From positions 34,348,001-34,412,000 of the forward strand of contig OX597835.1 in the NCBI GenBank assembly GCA_951406725.2: a stretch of 64,000 nucleotides of DNA, in the 5' to 3' direction. The translations under genes and the position numbers were made by a program. Below, one piece after another: positions 42,430-59,510 of the stretch. The stretch is from Octopus vulgaris. Lineage: Eukaryota. Position 1 is the stretch's first letter; every line of letters starts with the position of its first letter. The notes below the pieces were generated by a model. The model did no database searches. It was not told where the DNA came from and was given only the letters and a program-made list of their open reading frames with translations.

Positions 42430-42728
42430 TCAAAAGTACCACCAACACTGGGCCCCCAAACTTATACAAGCTTATATAGCAGACACCAAAGGCGACCTCC
42501 CAGGACCCCTGGCCTGCACACTCTTATATACAAGGCTCAAAAGTACCGCCACCACTGGGCCTCCAAACTAATACAGGCTTATATAGCAGACCCCCAAAAG
42601 GTGTCCTCCGGGACCCCTGGCCTGCACACTCTTATATACAAGGCTCAAAAGTATCACCACCACTGGGCCTCCAAACCTATACAGGCTAATAAAGCAGACC
42701 CAAAGGTGCGGCCCCCAAGCCTATACAG
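42430..42728. repeat. Inverted, more diverged copy of the 107-bp array (~3 units; remnant to ~43005)
   Basis: Reverse complement of the 37636-38219 units. Confidence 0.9.
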
Positions 42729-42947
42729 CAGTGGTTTTCAACCAGGGTTCTGCGGAACCTAAGGCTTCCGCCAGTACAGTCCAGGGGTTCCGCAAGAAGT
42801 TACAAAACTGCTAAAATCGACAGTAATGTTTAATTCTCCTGTGCAGATATGTGTGCATAAGACAATTAAATTATTGCACAGGGGTTCCTCGTGCCAGTGA
42901 AATGTTTTCTTGGGGTTCCGCTCCAGCAAAAAGGTTGAAAAGCACTG
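42729..42947. mobile_element. hAT-type MITE
   Basis: TIRs cagtggttttcaacc / ggttgaaaagcactg; perfect 8-bp TSD ctatacag (42721-42728, 42948-42955). Confidence 0.92.
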
Positions 42948-43504
42948 CTATACAGTCATACATAGCAAGGCCACTAGGCTTACAGACTTATATAACAGAC
43001 ACACCCGAAAACGTCGCTCCTAAAAAAACATTCGCTAAGGGCGGATCGCCATTCACACGGCTTTGCTACTGGTCTCAATATCCTCCACTTTCTACACAGA
43101 GCGCGCGCGCACACACACACAAACACACTTGATCGAATCCTTTCTTCTTTCTTTTTTTTTTCAATGGTGAACCAGTCAACGGACCGGGTATTTTCTTCCT
43201 ATAACAATATCATATTACTATTACGTACTCACTTTTCCGTGACGGCCCACTTACAAATAGAACATTTTCACTGCGAGTTTGTTTGAGTAACCGAGTCACC
43301 ACTTTAATAAATAAATAAATAAATAAATAAATACATAAATAAAACGCCTCGATCACAAAAATACAATCTTATGTTTTCCACGGCTTCGTAGTTGCTGAAT
43401 TGGCGTAATTTATGCTATCTAACGCCACCGAGCACGTGACCTCGTCTCACACTAAATCGTTATTACACCGCCATTTCGAAAACAAACATATTTCACGGCC
43501 GGAT

Positions 43505-43541
<37 letters not shown>

Positions 43542-43617
43542 AAACACACACATGCAAACACACACAAACACAGACACACACACAGACACACACACACATA
43601 CACACACACAAACACAT

Positions 43618-43648
<31 letters not shown>

Positions 43649-43765
43649 CACATATAAATACATAATTCATAGTCATACATACACACACACATACATATGT
43701 GTGTGTATGTGGCAGTGTGTGCGTGTGTGTGTATATGTATGTATGTATGTAAATATATATGTGTG

Positions 43766-43805
<40 letters not shown>

Positions 43806-43985
43806 TAAATACGGTGCTTTTTTTTTAAATGCATACATTGCCAAAACGCACACATTTGAGTCTGTCAAGGGTCGATCAACACGTTGGAGTATACATCCTT
43901 TTTGGTAAATTCTACAACTAACCAGCTTCAATATGAAAATTTTAAACTAATGAGTGTATATGTATATATATATATATATATGACT

Positions 43986-44364
43986 CTCTCTATATATAAA
44001 GCTGAAGTTGTCTCTGTATGGCAGGTTTGGTAGCCTTCCACTAACACTATCTCCTCCGAGACCCTGCTGCGCAAGTTGACTAAAGTTGAGAGTATGATAG
44101 AAGAAAGCTTGCTCTTCCTTCAGTAGAAGAAAAAATTCAAATCGGACCATGTTAACACCAAAAATTGTTAACAAAATCCCTATGAAAAATTCCTATTTTT
44201 TACGATTTTTATACTGCTGTGTCGCCATTTTTCGATGTATTTTAACCAGAAACATGTTCACTTAAAGAGAATAACGAGCTACATAATGCAAAATTTTTAC
44301 TTTTCAAAAATTCCACTTCTAAAGGGTCGAAACAAACCCGAGCAACGCCGGGCGATACTGCTAG
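43986..44364 (+). mobile_element. Non-autonomous Helitron
   Basis: 5' tctctatatataaagctg, 3' hairpin cccgagcaacgccggg then CTAG followed by T. Confidence 0.82.
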
Positions 44365-44407
44365 TATACATATATATGTATATATGTATATACATATATA
44401 TATATAC

Positions 44408-44640
44408 ATCTATTATATAAAATCCGTTCTGTCTGTCTGTCTGTGTGTCTTCTAGGATCTCGGTCATCCTCCATCCGATTGCGCTCAAATTTGATATTTA
44501 GATACCGACGGTATCAGGGCGGGTATAAGTCTTGAAAAAATTGTAAAAATCGATTCCAGGTGAGAATTCGATCGATACAGCCGTGGGAACGTGCATTTGT
44601 CCGCGAAAGTACATCAGCTGTTGCTATCGATATTTTTATT
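44408..44640 (+). mobile_element. 5' part of another Helitron/Helentron-like non-autonomous element
   Basis: atctattatataaaa followed by (CTGT)n and ccatccgatt..aaattt, a common rolling-circle 5' pattern. Confidence 0.55.
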
Positions 44641-45465
44641 TCTTCTTTTGCTGGTGTCTCAAATTTAGGTTAAATCAGTGTTTCTCAAAGGGGAGGCCTA
44701 TGCGACGGTCGGACAAGTTGTTTTGAGAAAATTTGGTTTAAATGTTTGACAACTCAGCACCGTCCATTGGACGGGGGGCGTTTTGCTCGTATACATACAT
44801 ATGTATATGTATATATTTATGTGTATATATGTATATATATGTATGTATACATATGTATATATATGTATGTATACATATGTATATATGCATATATATATAT
44901 ATATATATACATATATATGTATACATATGTATATATGCATATATATATACATATATATACATACATGCATGCATATACATAAATATATATATGCATATAT
45001 ATAGATAGATTGATACATACGAAAATGCACACACATGCATAAATACATATGTATGTGCATACACACACACACACACACGTATGCACATCTAGAAAATTAG
45101 ACTATAGTGGATTGCTTGTTCTTCTAGAAATACCAACCAAATGATCTTAAAATTACGTTAGACCGTCTTATAAACGGGACGCACATTAGGTGCTGTTGTC
45201 TCAGATATGCAATGCCTGACAAATTTGTAGGAACTGATATGGGGCAGAGGAGCATTCGCGACATGCGTGTATATGTGTATACATACGTAATACATGCATA
45301 TATACACACGCACACACACACACATATATATGTGTATAAACATTTCCTGTACCAGTGTACCTGTATGTGTGTGTGTATGTCAATGTGTGCGTGCATATGT
45401 GTGTATTAGGGTAAGTATATATTATATAATAGTATGGTTAAACATGTGTGTGTGTGTATATATAC

Positions 45466-45528
<63 letters not shown>

Positions 45529-45538
45529 TATGTATGTA

Positions 45539-45918
45539 CACTTGCGTCAGAAATTAATTAGCACTTCTCAAATTTCTACATTAAATAGGTTAAATCAATT
45601 AACCTATGAACTGTTCAAAACGTCTTACGCGATGAGAAAACTTAGTATGGTGTGATTTCGGTCCTTGCGAGGCGCTACCTATATCTATTAAACAAAGGAA
45701 GATTTGTCTGCATCCGCACTCCAAGTTGTTGTTGCACTGCTATGTCAACATCATAAGGCTGTAGACTCTCAAACTGCTCTGCAAACAAAGTTACGTCATC
45801 GTTCTGCGCAACAGTGAACTCGCAACAAAGCAATAGTTCGAGATATGGCCACTAGGTGGCAGCACATACCTTGAGTGAAGAGCAAATCAAGGGTGCTAAT
45901 TAATTTCTGACGGTAGTG
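45539..45918. mobile_element. Tc1-like MITE containing a CTCF-consensus motif
   Basis: TIRs cacttgcgtcagaaattaattagcac / gtgctaattaatttctgacggtagtg; TA TSD. Confidence 0.85.
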
Positions 45919-45956
45919 TATGTATGTATGTATGTATTATGTATGTATATATACTT

Positions 45957-46140
45957 TATTTAAAAGCAGCAGAAATTCAACAAAAGCTGTTACTCGGAGT
46001 TTCACGTTCCCGTTTGTCGGACAGTTTTGTCAAAAAACAAATTTGTTGAATTTCTGCTGCTTTTAAATATAGCATCTTACTCTACCTCTGGTATTTGAGT
46101 ACTCTTTTTTCCACCTTGTTTCGCATTTATGTGTTTACTC
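45957..46140. mobile_element. Fold-back element enclosing a degenerate hammerhead motif (minus strand 45987-46024); same family as 25610-25692
   Basis: 28-bp IR 45957-45984 / 46042-46069; minus strand CTGT-CCGACAA-ACG-ggaa-CGT-GAAAC-TCCGA-GTA-ACAG. Confidence 0.75.
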
Positions 46141-46292
46141 CGGAACTCTCTCATGCACCAAATGGCAATTGCTAAAAAACATTCGTGAAGTAAAATCATG
46201 TAGCAACACCGAATGGCGGTGCCCCAGCATGGCCACAGCTCGTGAGCTGAAACTAGATAAAATAAAATATAAAATAAATAAAATAAAATAAA
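46141..46292 (+). mobile_element. Extreme 3' fragment of the LINE family at 56741-58228
   Basis: gaactctctcatgcaccaaat..tagcaacacc.aatggcggtgccccagcatggccacagctc matches 58088-58187; A-rich tail. Confidence 0.85.
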
Positions 46293-46296
46293 AAAG

Positions 46297-46334
<38 letters not shown>

Positions 46335-47199
46335 TGTATAATAGTATGCTTAAAGATATGTGTGGGATGTGTGTGAGGGATAAGACAGCGTGTATGCATG
46401 CATATGCGTCTGTGTGTGGTGTGGTGTGTGCGTGTGTGCGTGAGAGAGAGAGAGAGAGAGAGGGGAGAAAGAGGAGGGAGAGATAGAGGGAGTGAAAAGT
46501 GTAATTCCCGCCATTGACAAGAGGAATATATTTATTCCGCTTAACTTTCCGAAAACGTTCCGCATGTATGTTCAAGATACTTTCCTTCTCTCTCCCCCTC
46601 TCTCTTACTCTCTCTTCTCTCCCCCTCTCTCTTTTCCTCTCCCGTTTATTTGTCTGCACTTGATATTGTGAAATGTAATTTCTTGATCACTTGTGCTCAA
46701 TAATTTCAGTCGTCTAATGGAACCAACTAACCAATGATATCATCCATGCAATGATATTTTCCAGTCAACGATATCCTCTAACTAATGATATCTTGATAAC
46801 AATATCCGAACTTGTTGCTGCTGCAAAGCTTTAATCTGCAACAATATGGCTGAGGGTATATACCTCGGGTCGAAGATGTAGTCTGCATACCAAACAAGTT
46901 TGAGGGCGGCGAGCTGGCAGAAACGTTACCGCGCCGGGCGAAATGCTAAACGGTATTTCGTCTGTCGTTACGTTCTGAGTTCAAATTCTGCCGAGATCAA
47001 CTTTGCCTTTCATCCTTTCGGGGTCGATAAATAAAGTACCAGTTTCGCGCTGAGGTCGATGTAATCGGCTAAATCCCTTTGTCTGTCCTTGTTTGTTCAC
47101 TCTATGTTTAGCCTCTTGTGGGTAGCAAAGAAATATATATACTAAACAAGTTAGGGACACACATACGTGATAATATAGTGAGTTTAGATATTTCCTTTA

Positions 47200-47720
47200 A
47201 CTGGTTTACATGATACCAGTGGCAGGTTGTTACATCGGCCTGAGATGAGGTCCCGGACCTGACTAGAATCGCTGGATTCATTGAATAAAGTTAATATTGA
47301 TATCAAATTTTAGTACAGAGCCAGCAGTTTCAGGGATGGGTTAGTCGATCACATCGACCCCAGTCCTCAATTGGTACTTATTCTGTTGACCCCGAAAGGA
47401 GTTTATCCATCCCACATGCTCTACTGTGTGTCCAGACCATGTCCAGATCATTTTCTTCTCAAGGGTAGCAAACTAATCAAGTGGAAGAGCCGGTTTAGCT
47501 GCCGACCAATTGATCACAGAACAGGTAGGACTGGTTTACATGGTGCCAGCGGCAGGTCATATCAGCATGTGCTGAGGTCCCTGACCTGATTAGAATTACT
47601 CGATACACTGAATAAAATTAATAATGATATCAAATTTTAGCACAAAGCCAGCAATTTTCGGGGGTGGTCCAGTCCTCAACTGGTGCTTATTCTATTGACC
47701 TCGAAAGGAGTTCATCCACT
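47200..47720. repeat. Old diverged tandem duplication, ~330-bp period
   Basis: actggtttacatg..gatatcaaattttag..cagtcctcaa..cgaaaggagtt at ~47200-47410 and ~47530-47720. Confidence 0.75.
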
Positions 47721-48405
47721 CTTCGAAAGGCCTTGTTTTTAGGCCAACAGAACACCATCTTCTCAAAAGTTTCATATATTAGCACAAGGCCAGCATTTCG
47801 GGGGATGAAAGACAAAGTCGACTTCGCTGGAATTATTCCATTTCAGAACATAAAGACGAACGAAATACAGCTAACCGTTTCGTCCGGCCTGCTAATGATC
47901 CTGCTAGCTCGCCGCCACTCACAAGGCTTTGGTCAGCCCGTGGCTATAGTTGAAGACACTTGCCACAAGCAGTGGGACTGAACCTGGAATCATGTGGTTG
48001 GGAAGCAAGCTTCTTACCACATAGCCATAGCCATATATATATATATGTGTGTGTATGTGTGTGTGTGCGTGTGTGTGTATGTATATACATGCATACATAC
48101 ATGCATGCATACATACATACATACATACATACATACATACATACATACGTACGTACGTACGTACATACATACATACACATGAATGTATGTGTGTGTATAT
48201 GTTTGTGTGTGTGTGTCCCCCAACATCGCTTGACATTGATGCTGGTGTGTTTACGTCCCCGTAACATAGCGGTTCGGCAAAAGAGACCGATAGAATAAGT
48301 ACTAGGCTTACAAAGAATAAGTCCTGGGGTCGATTTGCTCGACTAAAGGCGGTGCTCCAGCATGGCCGCAGTCAAAATGACTGAAACGAATAAAGAATAT
48401 ATAGA

Positions 48406-48502
<97 letters not shown>

Positions 48503-48985
48503 GGATAGATAGATATAGATACAGATATATACATATATATTCATGTATATATATTTATGTATATATAGATGCATAAAATCTCATTATCTGAATACATAGC
48601 TGTCTTACGACGAGATTTATAAACAAAAAGAAAAGAAGAGAAAGAAATCATTAACCTTGAAAGCCTCCTACCTCTTTTATCTATCTCCTGTCTTTATTAT
48701 CTACCTCCTACTTCCTATCTCATTCTTTCATTAGTCTAAAGTGTTGCTCTGTCTTAAGATACAAAACTATGTAAATATACCCCACTAAGAATTATATCTG
48801 CAATGTTTTAGAACTATCCTTAAAATGACGACACTTCTGTGGGGGAAGTCAAGAACTGCTTAACCTAAATTGAAATCACCCGCCACCCGTTACCACCACC
48901 ATCCTTACTATCAAACGTATCGGCGTTTACGTGGCCTACGTGTAAACAGGGTTTCGCCATACTTTTTAACGCATCCTCTCATAAG

Positions 48986-49020
<35 letters not shown>

Positions 49021-51605
49021 ACACACACACACATAAACACATGAATATATTCGTACGCATGCGTACTGTCGTGCATTATTACATATAGTCCCCGGTTAGC
49101 TGCGTTTCGAATTCACTGCACACTTCCATTTCGACAACTATGGCGACTAAGCAATCTCCACCACTGTCATCACCACCACCACCACCACCACTACCACCAT
49201 AGCCCCCGTCGTCAGGACCACTGCCGCCATATCCAACACCACCTTAACCTCTAACCACCATAAACCCCCAACACCACCACCACCACTGCCATAGTTACCA
49301 CCACAACCACCACAACCACCATGACCACAACCGCCGCCATAACTATCTTCACCACCAATAACAACAACAATAAGAACGCTACAAAGACGCCACAATGAAG
49401 GTGCCTGTGCGAGGTATCTCGATGGGCAAGAAATGATAGTGAAATCATTGTGAATTACCATCATGCAATCTCAAAAGTGAAGGACAGCGTTGTATAACAG
49501 TGGTTCTCAACCAAGGTTCACATAAGGCTCTGTGGTTAAAATTTATCTTCAATAAAGGGGTTATACTTTTACATTACATAAAGTATTTTAAGAATTTATT
49601 TTCTTATGTAATTCCTAATAATATTTAATTCTGAAAATAGGGCGGCGAGCTGGTTGATCTGTTAGCACTCCGGGTAAAATGCTTCGCGGTATACCGTTCG
49701 CCTGTACGTTCTGAGTTCAAAGTCCGTCGAGGTCGGCTTTACCTTTCCAACTTTCGGGGATCGACTTTACCATTCTTCCTTTCTGGGTCGGCATTACCTT
49801 TGGGGGTCGGCTTTACCACTCCAACTTTCGGGGATCGTCTTTACCATTCCTCCTTTTTAGGTTGACTTCACCTTTCCTCCTTTCGAGGTCGGCTTTACCC
49901 TTACTCCTTTCGCGGGTCAGTTTTACCTTTCTGGGTCGGCTTTGCCTTTCCTCCTTTCGGGGTCGGCTTTACTTTTCCTCCTTTCTAGGTCGGCTTTACT
50001 ATTCCTCCTTTCGGGGTCGGCTTTGCCTTTACTTATAGGAACCAGAGGAGGTCCGTAGATAAAAAATGGTTATATAATGTAGCCCCAGATTATATTGTCT
50101 TAATAAAAGTTCGTGGCTAAGAAGCCTCTGACCATATGTCGACCTGTGACCAAACAACAGCAACGATAAGGTCGGATTTCGTTTTGTGTTGTGTCCGTGT
50201 CAAAAACACACTCAACGACTCAGTCTGCCTGGCTCTAAATAGGTGTCACTGTTAGATACAATTGACAGCAGTACTGTACGAAAGAACGCCGAATTATTTA
50301 GTCCTAGGTGCTACCGCATCTGGCGATGCATGCAGCAGTCAAAGTACTCCTGCATGGTCAGCCAGTAACCCCCCCCCCCAGTGCATCGTTGATGTCCCTA
50401 CTGTTGCGGTGCGTTTCTCTTTGAAATATTTTTGTAGCTTGAGGCATTTTCTTGGGTGAGGGTGCTTGCCTGAAGTCCAGTCACTAGGTAAGGCTGTCTC
50501 TGTCGACTGCGACCCAAGATCCACGAAATAAGTATAAAGCGGATTGCCTTCAGCCATCGACATCTGGCCGTTGGTCTTCTGATTCCTCTGCCCCGGTTGC
50601 TGGTTGTCGCAGCAGCCACTCGGCTCTGGTTGCTGGTCGTCGCAGCAGATCGTCTGCTCCGGCTGTTGGTCGTCACAGCGGATCCTCCGCTCGCTTTGTG
50701 ATACTGTGCCAAAACCCTACTTCAAGTGCTTTCACCCACCAGCTGAAGCGGTGTAGCATGAAATGGCATTTGGAGCCGCCAAAAGAGAGTTACAGGGAAC
50801 TATAGAATTGGTGAATCATTATTTTGGCGGGGAAAAAATCAGCAAGTGTTAAATCAAAAAACTGCCACCCACAAACGTACTGTTTCTCAATCTCAGACAT
50901 TTAATATTACGGATGTATTAGGCGATGAGCTGGCAGAAACGTTAGCACACCGGGCGAAATGCTTAGCGGTGTTTCGTCTGCCTCTACGTTCTGAGTTCAA
51001 ATTCCGCCGAGGTCGACTTTGCCTTTCGTCCTTTCGCGGTCGATTAAATAAGTACCAGTTACGCACTGGAGTCGATATAATCGATTTAATCCTTTTGTCT
51101 GTCCTTATTTGTTCTGACAGCGATTCTGCCAGCTCGTGCGTGTGTATGTATGTGGATATCCGTATATCCATGTGTATATATATATATGCATGTGTGCGTG
51201 TGTGCGTATATGTGCATATAGATACATCCATATATCTATGTGCATATATATGGATATATATGCATGTATGAATATATATATGTATAGATAGATAGATAGA
51301 TATACATATATATATATATGTATGTACGTATATATATATATATGTATGTATATCTATATATATGTGTGTGTGTGTGTATACATATATATATATATATATA
51401 TATGTATTACTCTTTTTTTCTTTTACTTGTTTCAGTCATTTGACTGCGGCCATGCTAGAGCACCGCCTTTAGTCGAACAAATTGACCCCAGGACTTATTC
51501 TTTATAAGCCTAGTACTTATTCTATCGGTCTACTTTGCCGAACCGCTAAGTTACGGTGCCATAAACACATCACCATCGGTCGTCAAGTGATGTTTTGGGA
51601 CACAC

Positions 51606-51638
<33 letters not shown>

Positions 51639-51805
51639 CGACGGGCTTCCTTCAGTTTCTATCTACCAAATCCACTCACAAGGCTTTGGTCGGCCTGAGG
51701 CTACAGTAGAAGACACTTGCCCAAAGTGCCACGTAGTGGGAATGACCCCGGAACCATGTGGTTGGGAAGCAAGCTACTTACCACACAGCCACTCCTGCAC
51801 CTATG

Positions 51806-51836
<31 letters not shown>

Positions 51837-51839
<3 letters not shown>

Positions 51840-52243
51840 ACATAAGGGACTAAAGCCATCTGAATATGGCTAGGGACAGGGCAGGGTGGTGGGGGTGTTA
51901 CTGTTGCATTTAGCCCCAGGCGAACATCGACGTCACCAGAAAGGCCCGACACCGTCACGGTGTCCTTAACCTGCAAAGGGAGGTAATTCCCCGATGAAGC
52001 GGAAACCACACACGGACCATGGTTTCAAGGTGTATTGCCTATCGTCGGCGTGTGGTAGGCTTCCGCTTCCTCGACGAATTCTCACTCTGCAGGATATTCA
52101 TATATAGATTTTCAAGCAAAATACATTTGCTGATTTCGAAAATCTGTTCGAAAGCAATAATAATTCTCTAAAAGAGATATAGACAGTCCCTTATGTTATC
52201 GAGCAGTTACTGTCTATATCTCTTTTAGAGAATTATTATTGCT
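51837..52243 (-). mobile_element. ~405-bp TA-embedded fold-back element carrying a hammerhead motif
   Basis: 35-bp IR 52153-52187 / 52209-52243; 15-bp IR 51837-51851 / 52185-52199; hammerhead at 52009-52054. Confidence 0.75.
52009..52054 (-). ncRNA. Minimal type I hammerhead motif, U4C variant, with long extended stem I
   Basis: CACACG-CCGACGA-TAGG-caataca-CCTT-GAAAC-CATG-GTC-CGTGTG; stem III perfect palindrome ACCATGGT; flanking gaagcggaa / ttccgcttc extend stem I. Confidence 0.72.
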
Positions 52244-52262
52244 ATATATATATATATATATA

Positions 52263-53416
52263 TATTATGGTTCGGCTGGTGCAGTATTTCTTGACCCACT
52301 TTGTTGGGAGTGGCGCCTGCAAGTCTGGAATAAAAAGCTACAGCCCTTTGTTTACTGGAAGAGTAATGGCTTTTGGAGGGACCTTTGGCCTTGTGCCGGT
52401 CGATTAGGGGTCAGAGAGATGTGAGGGCCGAAGAAGATAGAGTAAGGAAGAATCTAGTGACAGTGAAGAAGAGGAAGAAGAAAGTAGTGAGAAAGACAGA
52501 GTAAGGGATCTGAGAGCTGTCATGAGAGAATGACAGTGACAGCGTCGATATAGATAGGCAGATAGGGCTGAGAGCAGATAGAGAGGATATTAGCAGTGCA
52601 GAGACAGATTGAGGGTAGTGATAGAGGACAGTCGGTATTCGGTCGTCAAAGCGAGCAGTCGGGTTTTTGGGAGTCAGGGCGAGCGGTTGGAATTTAAGCA
52701 GTCGGCGGTCTTGGAGTATTGGGACAGAGAGGGATATATACAGAGGAATAGGCGGCGATGGAGATGAGGTACAATATGAGGCGTTGGCTAATGTAAGATA
52801 CGTGAATTGTGTATCGATATGTGAAGAAAAAGAAGGACAAGGAATTGATGTATTGAACAGTGAAAAGAAATGAGACAGTGAAAAGAACAATGTGAATTGT
52901 GTAAAGACATTGTGTACAGTGTTGTGATTTGAACATTGTATAATGAACATTGAACTGTTAGGCCTGTAATGTCCTTTGAACTGTATATGACTTGTTGATG
53001 TGTTTTGAAATAGAACTGTGTCTTCGGACGTGTACTCTTGAAATGCTGATGTATTGAACTTGATGTGTTGTATACCTGTATTGATTTGTTGTTTCCTTTA
53101 AATGCTTTGATCTGTGGTATACCTGTATAATGTATTGAGTTGTTACGTGCATGTCCTCTTTTAAATGTACCTGATATGTATTTGATGTTGTAACAATTGA
53201 TTGTCATATAAGCTAGTTGTTAAATGTAAGCCAGTTGTGCCTTGCCTCTTTGTGTTTCTCTCGGTTGCCTCTGTATCTCTCTGTGCTGCTGCTGCTGTTG
53301 TTGTTGTGTCTATCTCTCCTCCCCGACAAGTTCCCGTAGCTTATTCGCTGCATCGAACGGGCCTGGATGTGAGGGATTCCGTAACAGTTCGAATCGGAGG
53401 TCCCCCCCTCGTAACA
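52263..53416. mobile_element. Solo-LTR-like element, diverged inverted homolog of 20034-21193
   Basis: Left end tattatggtt..gtgcagtatttcttgaccca matches the reverse complement of 21160-21193; ends CGTAACA; shared internal gacgtgtactcttgaa and ttgcctctttg. Confidence 0.68.
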
Positions 53417-53528
53417 ATATGTATGTATATGTGTGTGCGTATTGTATATGGTGCCCAAACATGGCTGCAGTCTAATGACTGAAACAGGAAGGAATAAAAG
53501 AATATATAAACACACAGCTAGATGTGTC

Positions 53529-53559
<31 letters not shown>

Positions 53560-54296
53560 GGGGAGAGAGCACATATAGTATACATGCACCCATGCACACA
53601 CACGCATAGAAAGAAATACAGAGAGGTGGGGAGGAAAGGTAGGGACCATATGTAGGTTATCTTGTGTTTTTAATGTGAGAATTGAAAAAAATATAGCAGC
53701 GAACGAAGAAATACGTAACCGGCTAAATATGTAATCTAATCTAACATCTTATTGTGCCTAATGGACGAACATTAATTCCATTAAACACTGTAGGGGCTAA
53801 CAAACTCTCTTAGACTCTTGTATCAGGAGTTTCTGTAAAGCCTTTTAATCTTTGACAGCAAAATAATTTGGGGGTTAAAACCCCTAAGAGCATATTGACA
53901 TGATAAGCAAAGGGCTTCTATCTGCTTCGTTATGAGCACGCCAACATGGCCTCCAGTTGTGGAAACCTGCATTGATATTCATTTTTGTTTGTTTGTTTGT
54001 TTTTTGGGGTTTTTTTTGTTTTTTGTTTTTGTAGGTGTTTTTGTTGATTTCAAAAATGGCGTAGAAAACAAAAAAAAAGGAGGAAAATTATTTTCAGGGA
54101 AGATTAAATTTATATCGTCAAAATTATTGAACTCCTTCTACATTGCAATGTGTTTGCGTGTGTGTGTGTGTGTGTGTGCATACGAGTGTGTGTGCACGCA
54201 TGCGTATTTATATGTGTGTGTGTATTTATATTGTGTATGTGTTTTCGTAAGCATGCAGTTTCCAATAAATATACACGCACACGCACGTACATACAT

Positions 54297-54336
<40 letters not shown>

Positions 54337-54905
54337 ACAACTTATGCCGTCAGTCTTTCCTCGTTTGTGCGTTATCAGTGCGAGTGTGTGTGTGTGTGTA
54401 TGTATGTGTGTCTCTTTTTCTTGTCTTTTTTTCTTTGCCCCCCACCTAGGACTCATAATTCAAGTTACCCGGTTTCCGCGGCGCATACGTGACCACGGTC
54501 ACATTCTCCCTAATACATACATACAAGCATGGCTGTGTGGTCCCAACCACGTGATCCCGGGTTCAGTCCCACAGCGTGGCACCTTGGGCAATTGTCGGGC
54601 CGACCAAATGCCTTGTGAGTGGATTTCGTAGGCGGAAACTGAAAGAAGCCCGTCGTATATACATATGTATATATCTATCTGCGTTTCCCCCCTTCCTCCG
54701 CCGCCATCGCTTGACAACCGATACTGGTGTTTATGTTCCCCTAACTTAGCGGTTCCGCAAAAAGTGACCGATAGAATAAGTACTATGCTTGCAAATAATA
54801 AGTCCTGGGGTCAATTTCTTCGACTAACACCCTTTAAAGCAGTGCTCCAACATGGCCGCAGTCAAATGATTGAAACAAGTAAAAGAATAAAAGAATACAC
54901 CCCCC

Positions 54906-58228
<3,323 letters not shown>

Positions 58229-58229
58229 C

Positions 58230-58460
<231 letters not shown>

Positions 58461-59459
58461 TATATATATATAAAATTGGCGCAGGCGTGGCTTTGTGGTA
58501 AGAAGCTTGCTTCCCAACCACAGGTTCGGTGCCACTTCTACTTTAGCCTCGGGTCGATCAGACCCTTTTGAGTGAACTTGGTAGACGGAAACTTGTTTGC
58601 TTTGTTTGTGTGTGTGCGTCCACCACCAGCGCTGTTGGTGTATTTACGTCGCTGTAACTTGGGCAAAGTGAGCGATAGGAAAAGTACCATGATTGAAAAA
58701 ATATATGTTTTTTTTTTTCGCCAAGGCGGTGCTCCAGCATGGCCACAGTCTAATGACTGGCACCTTGGACAAGTGTCTTCTGCTATTGCCTCGGGTGGAT
58801 TACAGCATTATGAGTGAATTTGGTTGACGGAAACTGAAAGAAGCCCGTTGTATATATCTGTGTGTTTGTGTCTGTTTGTGTCTGTTTGTCAACGCTTGAC
58901 AATCGGTGCTGGTGTTTTTACGTCCCCGTAACTTAGCAGATCGGCAAAATAGATCGACAGAATATGTACTAGGCTTTAAAAGATAAGGCCTGGTGTCGAT
59001 TTGCTCAATTAAAACCCCCTCAAGGCGGTGCTCCAACATGGCCGTAGTAAAATGACTGAAACAAGTAATAGAATAAAAGAATATACCCCTTAGTGACTCG
59101 CTCTCACCCACCTCACCGAACATCCCCTCCTCTTACACACACTCCCTGTGTCCCTTTCTCTCTGTGTCACTATCTCTCTGTCTCTCTTCCTCCTCTCCCT
59201 AATGAGCTTCAGACCACCACCACCACCACCACCACCGCCGCCTCCAACAACGTCATTAAATACCTACATAAAGCCGTCAAGAAAGCCAATTGACTTGACT
59301 GTGATTGCTGAAGAGCAGAAAGAAAAGGGAGACAAGAAGATGTTTCGAGGCATCAAGAGGATTCAACAAGTGTATGAGATTTGGGTCAACTGATTGTTAT
59401 TCTCACCCTCTACATCATCACCATAACTACCTCCACCACTACCGTCTCTCTCTCTCTCT

Positions 59460-59510
<51 letters not shown>

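Noticed and set aside
43380-43500. E-box (cacgtgac) and YY1-like (ccgccattt) motifs
   Set aside because: Short motifs without supporting gene structure
54343-54512. Sequence duplicated at 59600-59755, considered as a conserved non-coding element or exon
   Set aside because: Resembles the reverse-strand 3' part of a SINE (cccggtttcc motif shared with ~30175 and ~61306) with an internal microsatellite
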